A stretch of 32,000 nucleotides of DNA from Wolbachia endosymbiont strain TRS of Brugia malayi (GCF_000008385.1 NC_006833.1:150001-182000); one strand, 5' to 3'; positions 1 to 11,248 are shown, counted from the first letter of the stretch. Translations and numbers: made by a program. The notes: a model not told the origin generated them from the letters alone.

Positions 1-2
1 CA

Positions 3-182
3 ACTTTGCGTGGCAGATTCCATACGTATACTAATCAATACTTATCCTATTCGATTACCACAGCTGTTATATTTCATCCAGCTTACTTACTTCGTCAACC
101 AGCGCAAAAACGTTTAGCTTGGGAGGATTTAAAAAAGATTAGGGAGTACCTTAATAGTACCAATAACTGTACAGGCGTCTAG
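3..182 (+). CDS. Uracil-DNA glycosylase (family 4/5-like), C-terminal end only; gene begins upstream of the window
   Basis: Frame 3 is open from the window edge to TAG at 180-182: TLRGRFHTYTNQYLSYSITTAVIFHPAYLLRQPAQKRLAWEDLKKIREYLNSTNNCTGV*. The HPAYLLRQPAQKRLAWEDL stretch is characteristic of the C-terminal motif of 4Fe-4S uracil-DNA glycosylases. Not in the ORF track because it is short and truncated. Confidence 0.85.
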   Translation, partial: TLRGRFHTYTNQYLSYSITTAVIFHPAYLLRQPAQKRLAWEDLKKIREYLNSTNNCTGV

Positions 183-270
183 CAAACTGATAAGATAATG
201 GACTCTTATATTATTCACTCCTCAAGCACAGCTATTATAGTAGTCATTCAAATAGTTTACCCAGAAACGC

Positions 271-835
271 AAAAAATTACTTGACACACTTTGTCAGCTC
301 TCTTAACCCTAGCAATAGGGCTATTTTATATAACCTCCTAATCTGTGCAAATTAAAATGACAAGAAGGTTTTGTATTTGATGTACTATTGTTTAATTCCT
401 TGTACTACGTACGCCGTATGTCTTTATAAAATTTCTATAGTTCTTACCTAATACAAGCTGAAATATACTTATAAAGCGTTTAAGACATCATCTAACATCA
501 AAATTTTTAAACAAAGAGCTAGTAACTAACTACTCTGTTTTTTTTGCCTTTTTTTCTGCTTGGTAAATTTTTAAAATATTTATGACCCCAATTAAGTTGC
601 ATTGAAAAGCAGCTAGACTGCAGCATTTAAGACTTAAGAAATGCCAATACTGAAAATAGATACTAACCAGAGCTTTTTTATCTTTTTTTTATTTAGTAAA
701 TTTCTTAAATATCTATAACTAAAGGCTAGTTGCAAAAAAGCAGCTAGCGTTTAGAATAAGGAAACGCTGAAAAAACATAAATACTATAGAGTTTCCTCTG
801 CCTTTTAGGCTAAGTCATACAAAAAGTCTACTAGT
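271..835. repeat. Diverged, expanded copy of the intergenic repeat found at 17324-17780 and 31241-31697
   Basis: Shared blocks in the same order: aattacttgacA, ctgtgcAaattaaaat, ttataaagcgttta, gccttttttt..tggtaaatttttaaaatatttatgac, taaaggctagttgcaaaaaa, agatactaacYagagcttttt, aaatttcttaaatat. Confidence 0.6.
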
Positions 836-982
836 TATATAAGAGTTCAAGAAAGATATCATGAAAGTACTGGAATCTTGCTCCAATGTTAAACAACACA
901 AAGTTGAAAAAGCAGAGCAAAAAACGTTACTTACAATTTAGTAGTTCTCCAAAGTCAATTATGTTTAAAAATTAATCTCTGT

Positions 983-2220
983 CTATAACATCATCACTTG
1001 TCCATTAATGTGAATAAGGACTGGATGGCATGAAAAGCCTTTAGGATGCTTTAGTGTATCTATTTTCTTTTGTACTTCTTACATTATTGAATGACCAATT
1101 CTATTTTTTGAAAACTTGATTTCGCAAATGTAAAGAGTGTTAAATTTAGTTCGAATTATATAATCAATTTGATAAATAGCACTATTACCTGTCTTCCTCT
1201 GGAAAAATAGATTTTCGCTTATTATTTCATCAATTCCTAAGATATTAGGTATGCTCTTTCTATTGTTAAGCATCAAATTTTCAAATTGAAGTCCGATGAT
1301 TGTATGCCCCTCTGGTAGAGATGCAAGTAGTCCCATAGAGTAGTGCTAAGATTAATTTTCCTAGATTTTTTTAATATATTTCAGATAAAACCTTAAATAA
1401 TTATCTTGAAGTCTGCAGCTCCTTAATCGTGAATCAGTACCTGCTTGCATATTCCAAGTGTGATCCTTTGCAATAAAAAACAGGCAAGCTCAAGCTCATG
1501 TAGATACTTAGAAATGCGTCCATGTTGCAATATCTAAACTAAAAAGACACCTTTTGTAAAACAAAGCTTTTTGATATTTTCTTTAGCACAGTGTTTAAAA
1601 TTTACCTCTTCTAAATACTTCATAATTCCACCAATTACTGCAAGTACCTTAAATTTTTCATATGCTGAAATATTTTTTGGCCAAAACCTATTGCAATCAG
1701 AAAGTAATAACTCCTTAAGCGTTATAGTCAATAATATCCTTCCTACAAAACTAGCACTATTAAGTATATTTTTTTCGATCCAGGATGAAGCCGATCCACA
1801 AATAACAAAAATTAGCTTGGTATTATTTTTTAGCTGTGTATCCTAAAAATTCTTTATTTATCCTAAAAAAGTTGGATCTTTTGAGCCCATCCAAGAAATT
1901 TCATCAAAAAGTAATAACATTTTTCCAGATAGTAGATATTTACCAACTGTTCACAGTAAATCACTCCAATCACCATATCTAGCAAAAGACGTGCTAAATT
2001 GTCTAGCAACTTGTCTAGAAAATTCATTAATTTTGTGGGATACTATAGTATACTTTTCTGTAGCAAACCTATAAATGAGTAATACTACTCAAAATGCTTA
2101 CCAAACTCTTGAATTAAATGACTTTTTCCCATACGACGTCTTCCTTTAACTACTATAAAAGACGCAGCATTTTTTTTCTGCAAGCTCCAGCAGTTGCTTT
2201 AACTCAGCTTGCCTACATGA
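983..2220 (-). pseudogene. Decayed AAA+ ATPase (archaeal-type ATPase family with C-terminal nuclease-like/DUF234-like region)
   Basis: Reverse-strand fragments in shifting frames: QAELKQLLELAEKK / NAASFIVVKGRRRMGKSHLIQEFGKHFE (Walker A-like GRRRMGKS), KMLLLFDEISWMGSKDPTF (Walker B-like LLLFDEISW), NNTKLIFVICGSASSWIEKNILNSTSFVGRILLTITLKELLLSDCNRFWPKN, LAVIGGIMKYLEEVNF, QFENLMLNNRKSIPNILGIDEI, YQIDYIIRTKFNTLYICEIKFSKNRIG. Multiple stops and frameshifts lie between them. ORF-track entries 1079..1336 and 1534..1731 are fragments of it. Confidence 0.85.
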
Positions 2221-2402
2221 ATAATGGAGAGATAGAACGTAAAATACAAATCTTTATTTCCATTATGCATGATAAAATCGGAGGTGTAAATAAATAAATT
2301 TTGATCTTTGTCTCTATAATGCTAAACCGACTGTTAATATCTTTTTTATATCACATTTTTAATTTACAATAGTTAGCCAGCGTTTCTTATTAAACAAACC
2401 TT

Positions 2403-3110
2403 TCAATCGACCATTGCTAAATTCTGTAATCCAACTCTCACCACACTCACTTTCACGCAATATTGGTTGTCTTTAAAAAGCAATCTAACGTTTTTTATTC
2501 CTTGGTTACGAAGCTTTGATGCAGCTGATTTAGCGGCCTGAGCATTTTCAAAAAATGCAATATATCCCTTACTTTCCGCATTGTCTTGTTTCGGGTGACG
2601 TTTCTGCATTTCTTTTTCATGCTGCTTTCTATAATGAGGAGTTCTTTGTATTAATTGCTCTGATATTTTCCTTAAATATTGCACTTTTACTTTTGCAAGC
2701 CCAGCTTTATGAAGCCCTAAAATTTTTGCCGCCTTTTCCGATAAGTCTATTATTCTACCTTCAACAAATGGCCCTCTGTCGTTAACTCTTACAACAAGCT
2801 TTTTCCCATTTTCCAAGTTGGTAACGAGAACAAAGCAGGGTAGAGGCAAAGTCTTATGCGCCGCAGAAATCAAGTGACGGTTAAACACTTCACCATTTGC
2901 TGTAAGTGTACCATGATCTTCTATTCCATACCATGATGCTACTCCTATCTCTTCGTAATGGTTACAGTGTTTGGGATGATAGATTATACCATTTATTGTA
3001 TAGCTATTACCAATTTTATAATGACCTGCAGTATCATTACACCTGCTGCAAAAATTGCAACTACTTATCAAAATAAATGTTAGGCATAGAAGGGCTAGAT
3101 TTTTTATCAT
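2403..3110 (-). CDS. rlpA: RlpA-like septal ring lytic transglycosylase (lipoprotein) with C-terminal SPOR-like domain
   Basis: 235 aa. Lipobox-like [31 protein letters not shown] and [27 protein letters not shown] are diagnostic RlpA motifs; C-terminus [35 protein letters not shown] is SPOR-like. Confidence 0.93.
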   Translation of the reverse strand: MIKNLALLCLTFILISSCNFCSRCNDTAGHYKIGNSYTINGIIYHPKHCNHYEEIGVASWYGIEDHGTLTANGEVFNRHLISAAHKTLPLPCFVLVTNLENGKKLVVRVNDRGPFVEGRIIDLSEKAAKILGLHKAGLAKVKVQYLRKISEQLIQRTPHYRKQHEKEMQKRHPKQDNAESKGYIAFFENAQAAKSAASKLRNQGIKNVRLLFKDNQYCVKVSVVRVGLQNLAMVD

Positions 3111-3196
3111 TGTATTTAGTGAAAGGGCTCGATACCATGAGGATTTTAAATTATACTATAATAAATTTAGTAATAAGTAAAAGTCTACTGCTAAAT

Positions 3197-4747
3197 ATGA
3201 ATGGTATTAAGAAAGGAATAATACATATAATTGGTATAGGTGGAATTGGAATGAGCGCGATTGCTGAGATTCTCCATAATTCTAATTATAAAGTGCAAGG
3301 TAGTGATGCTCAATCAAACAACAATGTAGATAGATTACAAAAGCTAGGTATAGAGATCTATATTGGTCACAATGCCAATAATATTAAGCAAGCTCAAGTA
3401 GTTGTATATTCTTCCGCCATAAAATCTGATAATGTGGAGTTAGTTGCAGCGAGGAATAACAATAAGACTATTTTGCATAGATCAGGCATACTTGCTGAAA
3501 TTATGAAAGATAAGTATGTGATAGCAGTTTCAGGTTCAAGCGGAAAGACGACAACAACGGCCATGATTGCTTCTATTTTTGATCATTCTAATACTGATGC
3601 AACTGTAATTGTGGGAGGGATATTAAACTCCTATCAAAATAACTCAAAACTTGGCAAGAGTGACATTCTTTTAATCGAAGCTGATGAATCTGATGAAACT
3701 ATGCTAAAAATTCCTGCAAATATTGCTGTTATAACAAGTATTAATAATGACCATATAGACCATTATGGAACATTTGATAATATCAAAAATGCATTTTCTC
3801 AATTTATAAACAGTGCAGATTTTGCAATTTTGCCTGATTCTGTAGGAATTAATGATAGCGAAAGTGTTTCCATAAAGTTTGGGTTTGAAGGTGTTTATCC
3901 CTTTGTCATCCAATCCCCCTTTGTCGTCCCAGTGCATGACATTGGAATCAAGAAAAAAAAATCGGCGTCATGTTCTATAAAAGCGAGTAATGTCAAAGCA
4001 AATAACATCAGGCAACATAATAACAGCATAGAATTTGATGTGTTAATTGATGGTTGTAGTATAGACAGAAGTCACTGGATCCCAGCATCATGCACTGAGA
4101 CGACAGCAGTTCTTCCTTTATCGTCCACTCAAATAACATCACTGAGATCCAGAATTATAAAAAATGTAGTGCTATCAAACGCAATAGGAATGCATAAAGT
4201 TAGTAATGCTCTAGCTGCAATATCGGTTGCAATAAAGTTGGGAATCAATGATGTGGACATTAAAAAAGGCCTTTTGGAATTTAAAGGAGTTGCAAGAAGA
4301 TTTTCCTTAGTGGCCGATATTAAAGACGTTAAGTTAATTGAAGACTATGCCCATCATCCAAGTGAAATACAGGCAACTTTAACAGCAGCACGTTCAATCA
4401 CTAAAGGGAAAATAATAGGCATTATCGAGCCGTTTCGTTTTGCTCGTATTCGTAATTTTTTTGATGAATTCATACGGATTTTCATGATGTTTGACTATGT
4501 AATCCTTGTTCCTGTTCATCCCCCAGAAGATAAGCCCATTCTTGGTTGTAGGATTGATGATATACAAGAAGCTTTAATCAGTAACGGGTTTAATAATGTA
4601 AAGATTATGAACGATGCTTTGCTCATTTCAAATTTTATCAGTGATTCGACAAATTCAGGCGATATTGTACTATTTATTGGTGCTGGTATTAATGTAGCTA
4701 GACTAGCAAGAGAAACTGTAGTGTTTATGTCAGGAGTGGAGATTTAA
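3197..4747 (+). CDS. murC: UDP-N-acetylmuramate--L-alanine ligase
   Basis: [78 protein letters not shown] are Mur ligase motifs. The ORF track starts at 3077, but [13 protein letters not shown] at 3197 is the more likely start. Contains two apparent in-frame insertions (listed separately). Confidence 0.95.
   Translation: MNGIKKGIIHIIGIGGIGMSAIAEILHNSNYKVQGSDAQSNNNVDRLQKLGIEIYIGHNANNIKQAQVVVYSSAIKSDNVELVAARNNNKTILHRSGILAEIMKDKYVIAVSGSSGKTTTTAMIASIFDHSNTDATVIVGGILNSYQNNSKLGKSDILLIEADESDETMLKIPANIAVITSINNDHIDHYGTFDNIKNAFSQFINSADFAILPDSVGINDSESVSIKFGFEGVYPFVIQSPFVVPVHDIGIKKKKSASCSIKASNVKANNIRQHNNSIEFDVLIDGCSIDRSHWIPASCTETTAVLPLSSTQITSLRSRIIKNVVLSNAIGMHKVSNALAAISVAIKLGINDVDIKKGLLEFKGVARRFSLVADIKDVKLIEDYAHHPSEIQATLTAARSITKGKIIGIIEPFRFARIRNFFDEFIRIFMMFDYVILVPVHPPEDKPILGCRIDDIQEALISNGFNNVKIMNDALLISNFISDSTNSGDIVLFIGAGINVARLARETVVFMSGVEI
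3893..3975. repeat. Palindrome-like in-frame insertion in murC (copy 1, resembles Wolbachia/Rickettsia palindromic element)
   Basis: Interrupts FGFEG | [29 protein letters not shown] | KASNVKANN. Core gtcgtcccagtgcatgacattggaatc forms an imperfect hairpin (tcccagtg/cattggaa) and its reverse complement matches the core of copy 2. Confidence 0.65.
4063..4153. repeat. Palindrome-like in-frame insertion in murC (copy 2, opposite orientation)
   Basis: Encodes about [31 protein letters not shown] between VLIDGC and [23 protein letters not shown]. Outer arms actggatcccag ... ctgagatccaga are near reverse complements; inner arms gacga ... tcgtc. Core ggatcccagcatcatgcactgagacgac matches the reverse complement of copy 1 with a few mismatches. 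Confidence 0.65.
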
Positions 4748-4748
4748 T

Positions 4749-6026
4749 ATGACAAAAAGAATAATTAATAATGTATTTGCAAGAGAAATTTTAGATAGCA
4801 GGGGGTACCCCACTGTTGAGGTAGAAATTGAACTCTGTGATGGAGCAACGGGTAGAGCATCTGTACCCTCTGGAGCTTCAACCGGCAAACTAGAAGCCTT
4901 GGAATTGAGGGATCAAGACGAAAAAAGGTATTGTGGTAAGGGAGTGCTGAAGGCTGTTAAAGCAGTCAATGGAGTGATAGCGAACGCAATCATTGGAATG
5001 GATGCAGCAGACCAAAGTACAATCGATAAAGCTTTAATCGAGTTGGATGGAACAAGAAACAAATCTAAGCTCGGGGCAAACGCAACTTTAGGGGTATCTC
5101 TTGCATCTGCAAAAGCAGCAGCAAACAGTTTCAAAATGCCGTTGTATAGGTATTTGGGAGGAGAGCAGGCAAATGTTATGCCGTTTCCACTAATTAATAT
5201 AATTAATGGTGGAGTCCATGCAGACAATAAACTTGACTTTCAAGAATTTATGATTCTCCCTATTGGAGCTGAGGCTTTCAGTGAAGCGATCAGAATGTCT
5301 GCAGAGGTGTTTCACAACTTACGTAGTATTCTTAGGAAAAGAGGTTATAGCACAAATGTAGGAGATGAAGGTGGTTTTGCACCAAATATTGAGAGTACTG
5401 AAGAAGCACTTGACTTGATTGTGCATGCTATAGAATCTGCCAGTTATTCAACACAGAATCATTTTGCACTAGGCCTTGATGTTGCTTCATCTACTTTTTA
5501 TAAAAATAAAATTTACAAATTTGCAAATAAGGAGCTTACTTCAGAAGAACTGGTTGAATACTATTATAACCTCGTAGAAAAATACCCGATAACCTCCATG
5601 GAAGATGCGATGAGTGAGGACGATTATGAGGGTTGGAAGTTGCTTACTGCAAAACTAGGAAGTAAAGTTCAATTGGTTGGAGATGATTTGTTCGTTACAA
5701 ATTGTGAGCTAATACGTAAAGGGATAGAGGAAAAAATGGCAAATGCTGTACTAATCAAACCAAATCAGATAGGGACGTTAACAGAAACTTTTACTGCTAT
5801 TGGAATGACAAAATCAGGTGGCTATAAAGCTGTTATTTCTCACCGCTCAGGTGAAACAGAAGATACAACGATATCTCATATAGCAATTGCGTCAAATTGT
5901 GGGCAAATAAAGACTGGTTCGCTATCGCGTTCTGATAGGCTTGCAAAGTATAATGAGCTAATAAGAATAGAAGGCACATTAGAAAGAAATGCCAAATATT
6001 ATTATGGGTTAGCATGGACTTCATAG
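4749..6026 (+). CDS. eno: Enolase (phosphopyruvate hydratase)
   Basis: 425 aa. [110 protein letters not shown]. Confidence 0.98.
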   Translation: MTKRIINNVFAREILDSRGYPTVEVEIELCDGATGRASVPSGASTGKLEALELRDQDEKRYCGKGVLKAVKAVNGVIANAIIGMDAADQSTIDKALIELDGTRNKSKLGANATLGVSLASAKAAANSFKMPLYRYLGGEQANVMPFPLINIINGGVHADNKLDFQEFMILPIGAEAFSEAIRMSAEVFHNLRSILRKRGYSTNVGDEGGFAPNIESTEEALDLIVHAIESASYSTQNHFALGLDVASSTFYKNKIYKFANKELTSEELVEYYYNLVEKYPITSMEDAMSEDDYEGWKLLTAKLGSKVQLVGDDLFVTNCELIRKGIEEKMANAVLIKPNQIGTLTETFTAIGMTKSGGYKAVISHRSGETEDTTISHIAIASNCGQIKTGSLSRSDRLAKYNELIRIEGTLERNAKYYYGLAWTS

Positions 6027-7036
6027 ACGAGGTTAAATTATATTTAAAAGCAGGTGATGGCGGCGATGGTTGTGTAAGTTTTCGTCGAGAAAAATTTGTT
6101 GAATTTGGTGGTCCAAATGGTGGTAATGGAGGAAAGGGTGGGAACATAGTTTTTGTTAGCGATGCAAATCTCAACACTTTGCTTAATTTTCGTTATAGGA
6201 GGCACGTTAAAGCAGGCAGTGGAAAAAGTGGTGCGAGTAGAGATAGATCTGGTACAGCAGGAAAAAACATTGTACTTAAAGTGCCAGTCGGCACACAAAT
6301 AATTGATGAAGAAAGTGAGAAGATAATATTAGACTTTAATAAGCCTGATATGGAGTTTTTAATAGCGCAAGGTGGAAAAGGTGGACTTGGAAATACTAAT
6401 TTTAAATCTTCTATTAACAGGGCACCAAGGCATTTTACTTGTGGCCAGTTTGGTGAAGAAAAATATGTAGTATTAAAGCTCAAAGTTTTATCTGATGTTG
6501 GTATTATTGGTATGCCAAATGCAGGTAAATCGAAGTTTTTAACTCGCTGTTCAAATGCAGATACAAAGGTAGGAGACTATCCGTTCACTACCATAAAGCC
6601 TCATTTAGGTGTGGCAAAAGTGGATAATAGCGAAGTTGTAATAGTAGACATTCCTGGAATAATCACTGATGCTCACCTTGGAATTGGACTCGGGCATAAA
6701 TTTTTAAAACACGTAGAAAGATGTAAAATTTTATTGCATTTAATTGATGTAACTCACGATAATGTCGTTTCAGCTTATAATTGTATGCGCAATGAGCTGG
6801 AACTTTACAATAGTGATCTTGTTAAAAAAGAAGAAATTATAGTATTAAACAAATGCGACTTATTGAGGAAAGTAGAAATTTTTGAAAAAAAGAATCACCT
6901 AGCCAATTATCTTAATAAAGAGGTGCTGTGCTTATCGATTGGTGAAGATTTACAGCCCATTCTAAGGTTATTAAACGAAAAATTGAAAAAGGGTAGCTCT
7001 AAGAAAGTGGATGTATACGATCCTTTTAAGAGATGA
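6014..7036 (+). CDS. obgE: GTPase ObgE/CgtA
   Basis: 340 aa. Obg domain [36 protein letters not shown]; G domain [48 protein letters not shown]. Overlaps the 3' end of eno by 13 bp. Confidence 0.97.
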   Translation: MDFIDEVKLYLKAGDGGDGCVSFRREKFVEFGGPNGGNGGKGGNIVFVSDANLNTLLNFRYRRHVKAGSGKSGASRDRSGTAGKNIVLKVPVGTQIIDEESEKIILDFNKPDMEFLIAQGGKGGLGNTNFKSSINRAPRHFTCGQFGEEKYVVLKLKVLSDVGIIGMPNAGKSKFLTRCSNADTKVGDYPFTTIKPHLGVAKVDNSEVVIVDIPGIITDAHLGIGLGHKFLKHVERCKILLHLIDVTHDNVVSAYNCMRNELELYNSDLVKKEEIIVLNKCDLLRKVEIFEKKNHLANYLNKEVLCLSIGEDLQPILRLLNEKLKKGSSKKVDVYDPFKR

Positions 7037-7130
7037 ATTCCATCTAAATAATTGATATTTTTCATTTATTTTATCATATAACTGGAATATATGAATATGA
7101 CTGCTTTAGCCATACTATATTTGCCTTTTT

Positions 7131-9713
7131 TCACTTAGCAAAAATGAATTTAATACTTCTAATTCTTTTCAGAGTGCTAAATATTTGATCTACATCAAAA
7201 TTCATCTTAGGGTGCCAAATAGGGCCATCTAAATGCATGTCAATATAGATCGGACTACTATGACCTGGTAGAATGAAAAAGAATCTGACTAAAGAAATTA
7301 AAGCAAAGTTGGGTAAAGTTAAATTAGAAGAGATAGACCCCGATGCTTGATCAATTCTAAATTGTAAACTGGTTGAACATACGCCATTTTTAATATTTGC
7401 TTTTCCTATAACATTTTCAAAAAGCGTACTGCCATTGTATATATCATCATGAGCAAGTGTGGAAATTTCAGATTTATTCTTACCATTTAATAAATTAGTG
7501 ATAAATGAATTAAAATCCACATTAGTAAATTCTATTTCTTGTGCTTGCAAGTTGATTTCTCCTGACAAATTATTAGCCCAACCATGAAAACTTTTTCCTT
7601 GAGCTTTGATTTCACCGTTTAAGCTTATCCGACCATCTACATTGTCAATTCCTATAGCTTTACCAATTCCTTTAGCATCCAAATTTGTAATAAGAAATTT
7701 TGTATACATTGAGTCTGATCTTAGATAACCCTGAAAAAATACTTGTCCATGTTCTAGTGCATAACTTACTTGTCTCATAGTGACAGTGTTATTTCTCACC
7801 ACTGCATCCAAGTTAAAGTCCTTCAAAACATTCTGCCCAACCCTAAATTCTATAGCATTGATTTGCACATTTGCATCAAAGCTTTCTTTATTGTCCAAAA
7901 AATCAAACTGCTTTGTTGACCATTGAATTTGATTTATCTTATTTCTTGAATCCCTTTTCACCTCTATAAAACTCGGTAATTTAAAGATATCTCCATTAAA
8001 TTTATTTCCTGTAAGGTTTACCTCTAGCAAAGGTTTAGTATATCTCTGATCTACTAATATCTTTGTGCTACCGTTAATATCGCAATCTTCTCCAGATAGA
8101 TTAATTTTATCTACAACTAGCTTACCCTTCTCCATTTTCAGTAAGAAATCCAGATCTTTAATTTTCGTATCATTCAATTTAAAATCATTAGCATTAATCT
8201 TTATACTTACATCATACCTCAGATTTTTTAGCCATCCCATTTTGGACAAACTACTAAATAATGAATAATCGTACTTATCTGCATCAAGATTATGTACACT
8301 AAATCTACCACCAACCACATTGTGTTTTTTTGTGTGACTTACCTTGATTGACCCTTGTAAAAACTCTTTATCATTTAGAAATCTGATATTGGAAATAGAT
8401 AATATCCTGGGTGCAAAATGTAATTCAGAACTTAGTGTAAATTGATTTTTCTGGTTTCCCTTTATTTTTATAGAAGGAAAGAAGCATGAAATGAACGACT
8501 TAAAATTGTCCCCTTTTACCAGTAAATTACCATTAAATTCAGATAGAGTACCGCTATTTGAAACTTTTCCTGATAAGTGAGATACATTATTGGTTCCAGG
8601 AAATTTAAGTAACATATCAACTTTTATTTCACCATCAGCAAATTTTAATATAGCGTGAGATTTATCTAATATTTTATTTTGGTATTGAATATTTGAGGCT
8701 TCTATATTAAAATCTAAGCTCAAGTTCCTTGGCACAACTTTTCTAAAACATTCCAGAAGATCCTTTATATCTATTATTCTTCGTGAGCTATTTCGTATAG
8801 AATCTAAATTAACCTTGCTGAAGCTGATATTGATATTAGTGTGATTACTTTTTCTATCGTTTTGTATTATACCACTAGCCTGCATGCTTTTGGATTTTAT
8901 TTTCAAGTCAGTTGCTGTGAAATCATTTCCATTGAAGTCAATATTAGATGATATCTCGATGTTTTCACCAGGGATGACATAAGCAAGAAAGCTAAGATTA
9001 GTAATTTTTGCCAAGTCGTTTATAAAATCAGAACTATTATTAATTGTTAGCGTTAACTTACCCTGTAGCCCTGCTTGATTCTTTTTACCTGTAAATAGCA
9101 GATTTATAAAATTTGATTCTACACTGATATGTACATTTTTTTTTGTAATATTAACTTTTCCTGAAAAATCATAATCATTACTATCTACCCTTATTTCACC
9201 AGAGAATTGCTTACTTTTTCCTATAGCAACTTTCTCTATGTTAACGATATTGTCATAGTCAGTGAAATTATTGTTTAAACTCACTTGGCTGCCTTTTATT
9301 ACTATATCAACTGCGTTACTACTGGTTTTTGCATTTATAATGTTAATAAAATTTTCTCTGTTGCTTTTCATACCAAGCAACGTAATTGACTTTGGTTGTA
9401 GCGAAAATAAGAACAACGATAAAATAGATGGCCTTACTTCAATTTTATTTACGCCAATCAAGGTTGATAATTTTTGCTCTTTATTGTTGTTGCATTGCAT
9501 GTATACGTTATGAACAGTGAGCTTTGGAGTGATTAATGAAACTTCAACTTTCCCTCCAATGTGTACTTTAGCGTTATACGTCTTTTCCAATCCTTGCACA
9601 ATGTACTCCTTGTAACTATCCCAGTCCTTAAAAGTTACAGTAACTTGCAAGAGGATTAGCACCAAAGAAATTGATAGTGTAACATATATAGAGAGTTTCA
9701 TAATTTTGTACAC
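7131..9713 (-). CDS. AsmA-family / AsmA-like C-terminal domain protein (predicted envelope biogenesis or lipid transport)
   Basis: 860 aa with N-terminal TM segment, ..YKVQVHIGGKVEVSLITPKLTVHNV..-type start (YNAKVHIGGKVEVSLITPKLTVHNVYM), and C-terminal LSGEINLQAQEIEFTNVDFNSFI..FENVIGKANIKNGVCSTSLQFR..GSISSNLTLPNFAL, typical of AsmA/YhdP-like proteins. Confidence 0.8.
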   Translation of the reverse strand: MYKIMKLSIYVTLSISLVLILLQVTVTFKDWDSYKEYIVQGLEKTYNAKVHIGGKVEVSLITPKLTVHNVYMQCNNNKEQKLSTLIGVNKIEVRPSILSLFLFSLQPKSITLLGMKSNRENFINIINAKTSSNAVDIVIKGSQVSLNNNFTDYDNIVNIEKVAIGKSKQFSGEIRVDSNDYDFSGKVNITKKNVHISVESNFINLLFTGKKNQAGLQGKLTLTINNSSDFINDLAKITNLSFLAYVIPGENIEISSNIDFNGNDFTATDLKIKSKSMQASGIIQNDRKSNHTNINISFSKVNLDSIRNSSRRIIDIKDLLECFRKVVPRNLSLDFNIEASNIQYQNKILDKSHAILKFADGEIKVDMLLKFPGTNNVSHLSGKVSNSGTLSEFNGNLLVKGDNFKSFISCFFPSIKIKGNQKNQFTLSSELHFAPRILSISNIRFLNDKEFLQGSIKVSHTKKHNVVGGRFSVHNLDADKYDYSLFSSLSKMGWLKNLRYDVSIKINANDFKLNDTKIKDLDFLLKMEKGKLVVDKINLSGEDCDINGSTKILVDQRYTKPLLEVNLTGNKFNGDIFKLPSFIEVKRDSRNKINQIQWSTKQFDFLDNKESFDANVQINAIEFRVGQNVLKDFNLDAVVRNNTVTMRQVSYALEHGQVFFQGYLRSDSMYTKFLITNLDAKGIGKAIGIDNVDGRISLNGEIKAQGKSFHGWANNLSGEINLQAQEIEFTNVDFNSFITNLLNGKNKSEISTLAHDDIYNGSTLFENVIGKANIKNGVCSTSLQFRIDQASGSISSNLTLPNFALISLVRFFFILPGHSSPIYIDMHLDGPIWHPKMNFDVDQIFSTLKRIRSIKFIFAK

Positions 9714-11191
9714 TTAAAATCACCCATAAACATTAAGTAAAGAGTACCAAAATAAATAACAGCACTTAAGACTACTAAAGCTGCCAGATAAATAACACGA
9801 GCAAATATTCTATCGAAGAATAATCCTGCTGATAAGGAACTAGAAACATAAAGAGCTACTGACATAACTGCTGTTGCTACAAGAATTTTTGCAATATTTA
9901 ATAATAATACTTGGTTAGCTTTGTACATTTTGTTTATTGTTAAGTAATTAATCAATAGAATAGAATTTATCCAAGTGGAAATGGAGGTAGCGATAGCAAT
10001 TCCCGTATGCTGATACTTATTCATTAATAGGAGATTTAGTACCACATTAATCCCAAGGCACGCTAGTGAAAATATAGTTGGTATTTTTAGATTACTTTTA
10101 GCAAAAAACGTGGGTAGCAATACTTTATTTATAATGAATGCAGGTAAAGAAAGAGAAAGTGCTATCAACGTTGGAGCGGTCTGTTGTACTGCATAGTGAT
10201 CAAACTTACCGTAAGAAAAAAGTGTCAGTAAAATTGTGTTTGGAATAATAATAAAGGCAGCAGTTGTTGGCATAATTAACATTAATCCTATGTTAAGAGC
10301 CCTGTTCTGTATTTTGACTGTATTTTCAGTATCATTTGCCTGTTTTGAGATTAAAGGAAGAAGCACTGTACCAATCGCAGTACCAACTACTCCTTGCGGT
10401 AATTGATTTAGTCTATCAGCATAATATATATAGGACACTGCATTTGGTATAAAACTTGCCATAATTGTATCAATCCATAGGCTTATCTGAATTACGCAAC
10501 TGTTGATAATTGCTGGTATCACACGCTTAAAAAACAACTTTACTTCATTACTCAATTTCATGCTAAAAAAAAAGAAGGCCTTTAATTTGTATGCACCAAA
10601 CAGCATCAATAATAACTGCAACATTCCTCCGATTAGAACAGCTATAGAAAGATTATGAGCCGGTGTTTTTATGTAAGGTACAAGCAAGCTAGCGATTAAA
10701 CAGAGGTTTAAAATAATCGGCGCAATAGCTGTTGAAGCAAAATGTTGCTTAACTTGTAACATCCCTCCAATGAGGGAAGCAATTGAAGCAAAAATTATGT
10801 AAGGCATCATAATTCTTGACAAAGTTACAGCAAGAGCAAGCTTGCTTTGGTCGAATCCAGGAGTAAATATTTGAACCATATAAGAAAAGAAAGTTTGCAT
10901 TATGAGGCAAAAATTTAATACGATAATAAACGTAATGGATATTACACTACTTGCAAAATTAAATGCTCTTTTGCTATCACGTGATTCTGCCGAATACAAT
11001 GGTACAAAAGAGGTAGCGAATGCTCTCTCTGCAAAAAACGCTCGAAATAGGCTGGCGAAGCGAAACGAAGAAAAAAATACATCTGCAAGAGAGGTTGCGC
11101 CTACAACCATAGCAATTAATATGTCTCTTATTAATCCTGAGATTCTTGAAACAGCCGTAAAAAAACTAAATGTGAAAATACTTTTAAACAT
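9698..11191 (-). CDS. murJ: Murein biosynthesis integral membrane protein MurJ (lipid II flippase)
   Basis: 497 aa, polytopic. FTAVSRISGLIRDILIAMVVGATSLADVFFSSFRFASLFRAFFAERAFATSFVPLYS, YIYYADRLNQLPQGVVGTAIGTVLLPLISKQ. Confidence 0.95.
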   Translation of the reverse strand: MFKSIFTFSFFTAVSRISGLIRDILIAMVVGATSLADVFFSSFRFASLFRAFFAERAFATSFVPLYSAESRDSKRAFNFASSVISITFIIVLNFCLIMQTFFSYMVQIFTPGFDQSKLALAVTLSRIMMPYIIFASIASLIGGMLQVKQHFASTAIAPIILNLCLIASLLVPYIKTPAHNLSIAVLIGGMLQLLLMLFGAYKLKAFFFFSMKLSNEVKLFFKRVIPAIINSCVIQISLWIDTIMASFIPNAVSYIYYADRLNQLPQGVVGTAIGTVLLPLISKQANDTENTVKIQNRALNIGLMLIMPTTAAFIIIPNTILLTLFSYGKFDHYAVQQTAPTLIALSLSLPAFIINKVLLPTFFAKSNLKIPTIFSLACLGINVVLNLLLMNKYQHTGIAIATSISTWINSILLINYLTINKMYKANQVLLLNIAKILVATAVMSVALYVSSSLSAGLFFDRIFARVIYLAALVVLSAVIYFGTLYLMFMGDFKCTKL

Positions 11192-11248
11192 TGCTATTTA
11201 CCACTACTCTAGATTGTGCTTAGTGTCAATATAATTGACTGTAATAGC

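Noticed and set aside
5833-6177. 114-aa minus-strand ORF across the eno/obgE junction (also 4913..5227 and 6193..6483)
   Set aside because: Antisense to well-supported genes; Pro/Phe-rich shadow translation.
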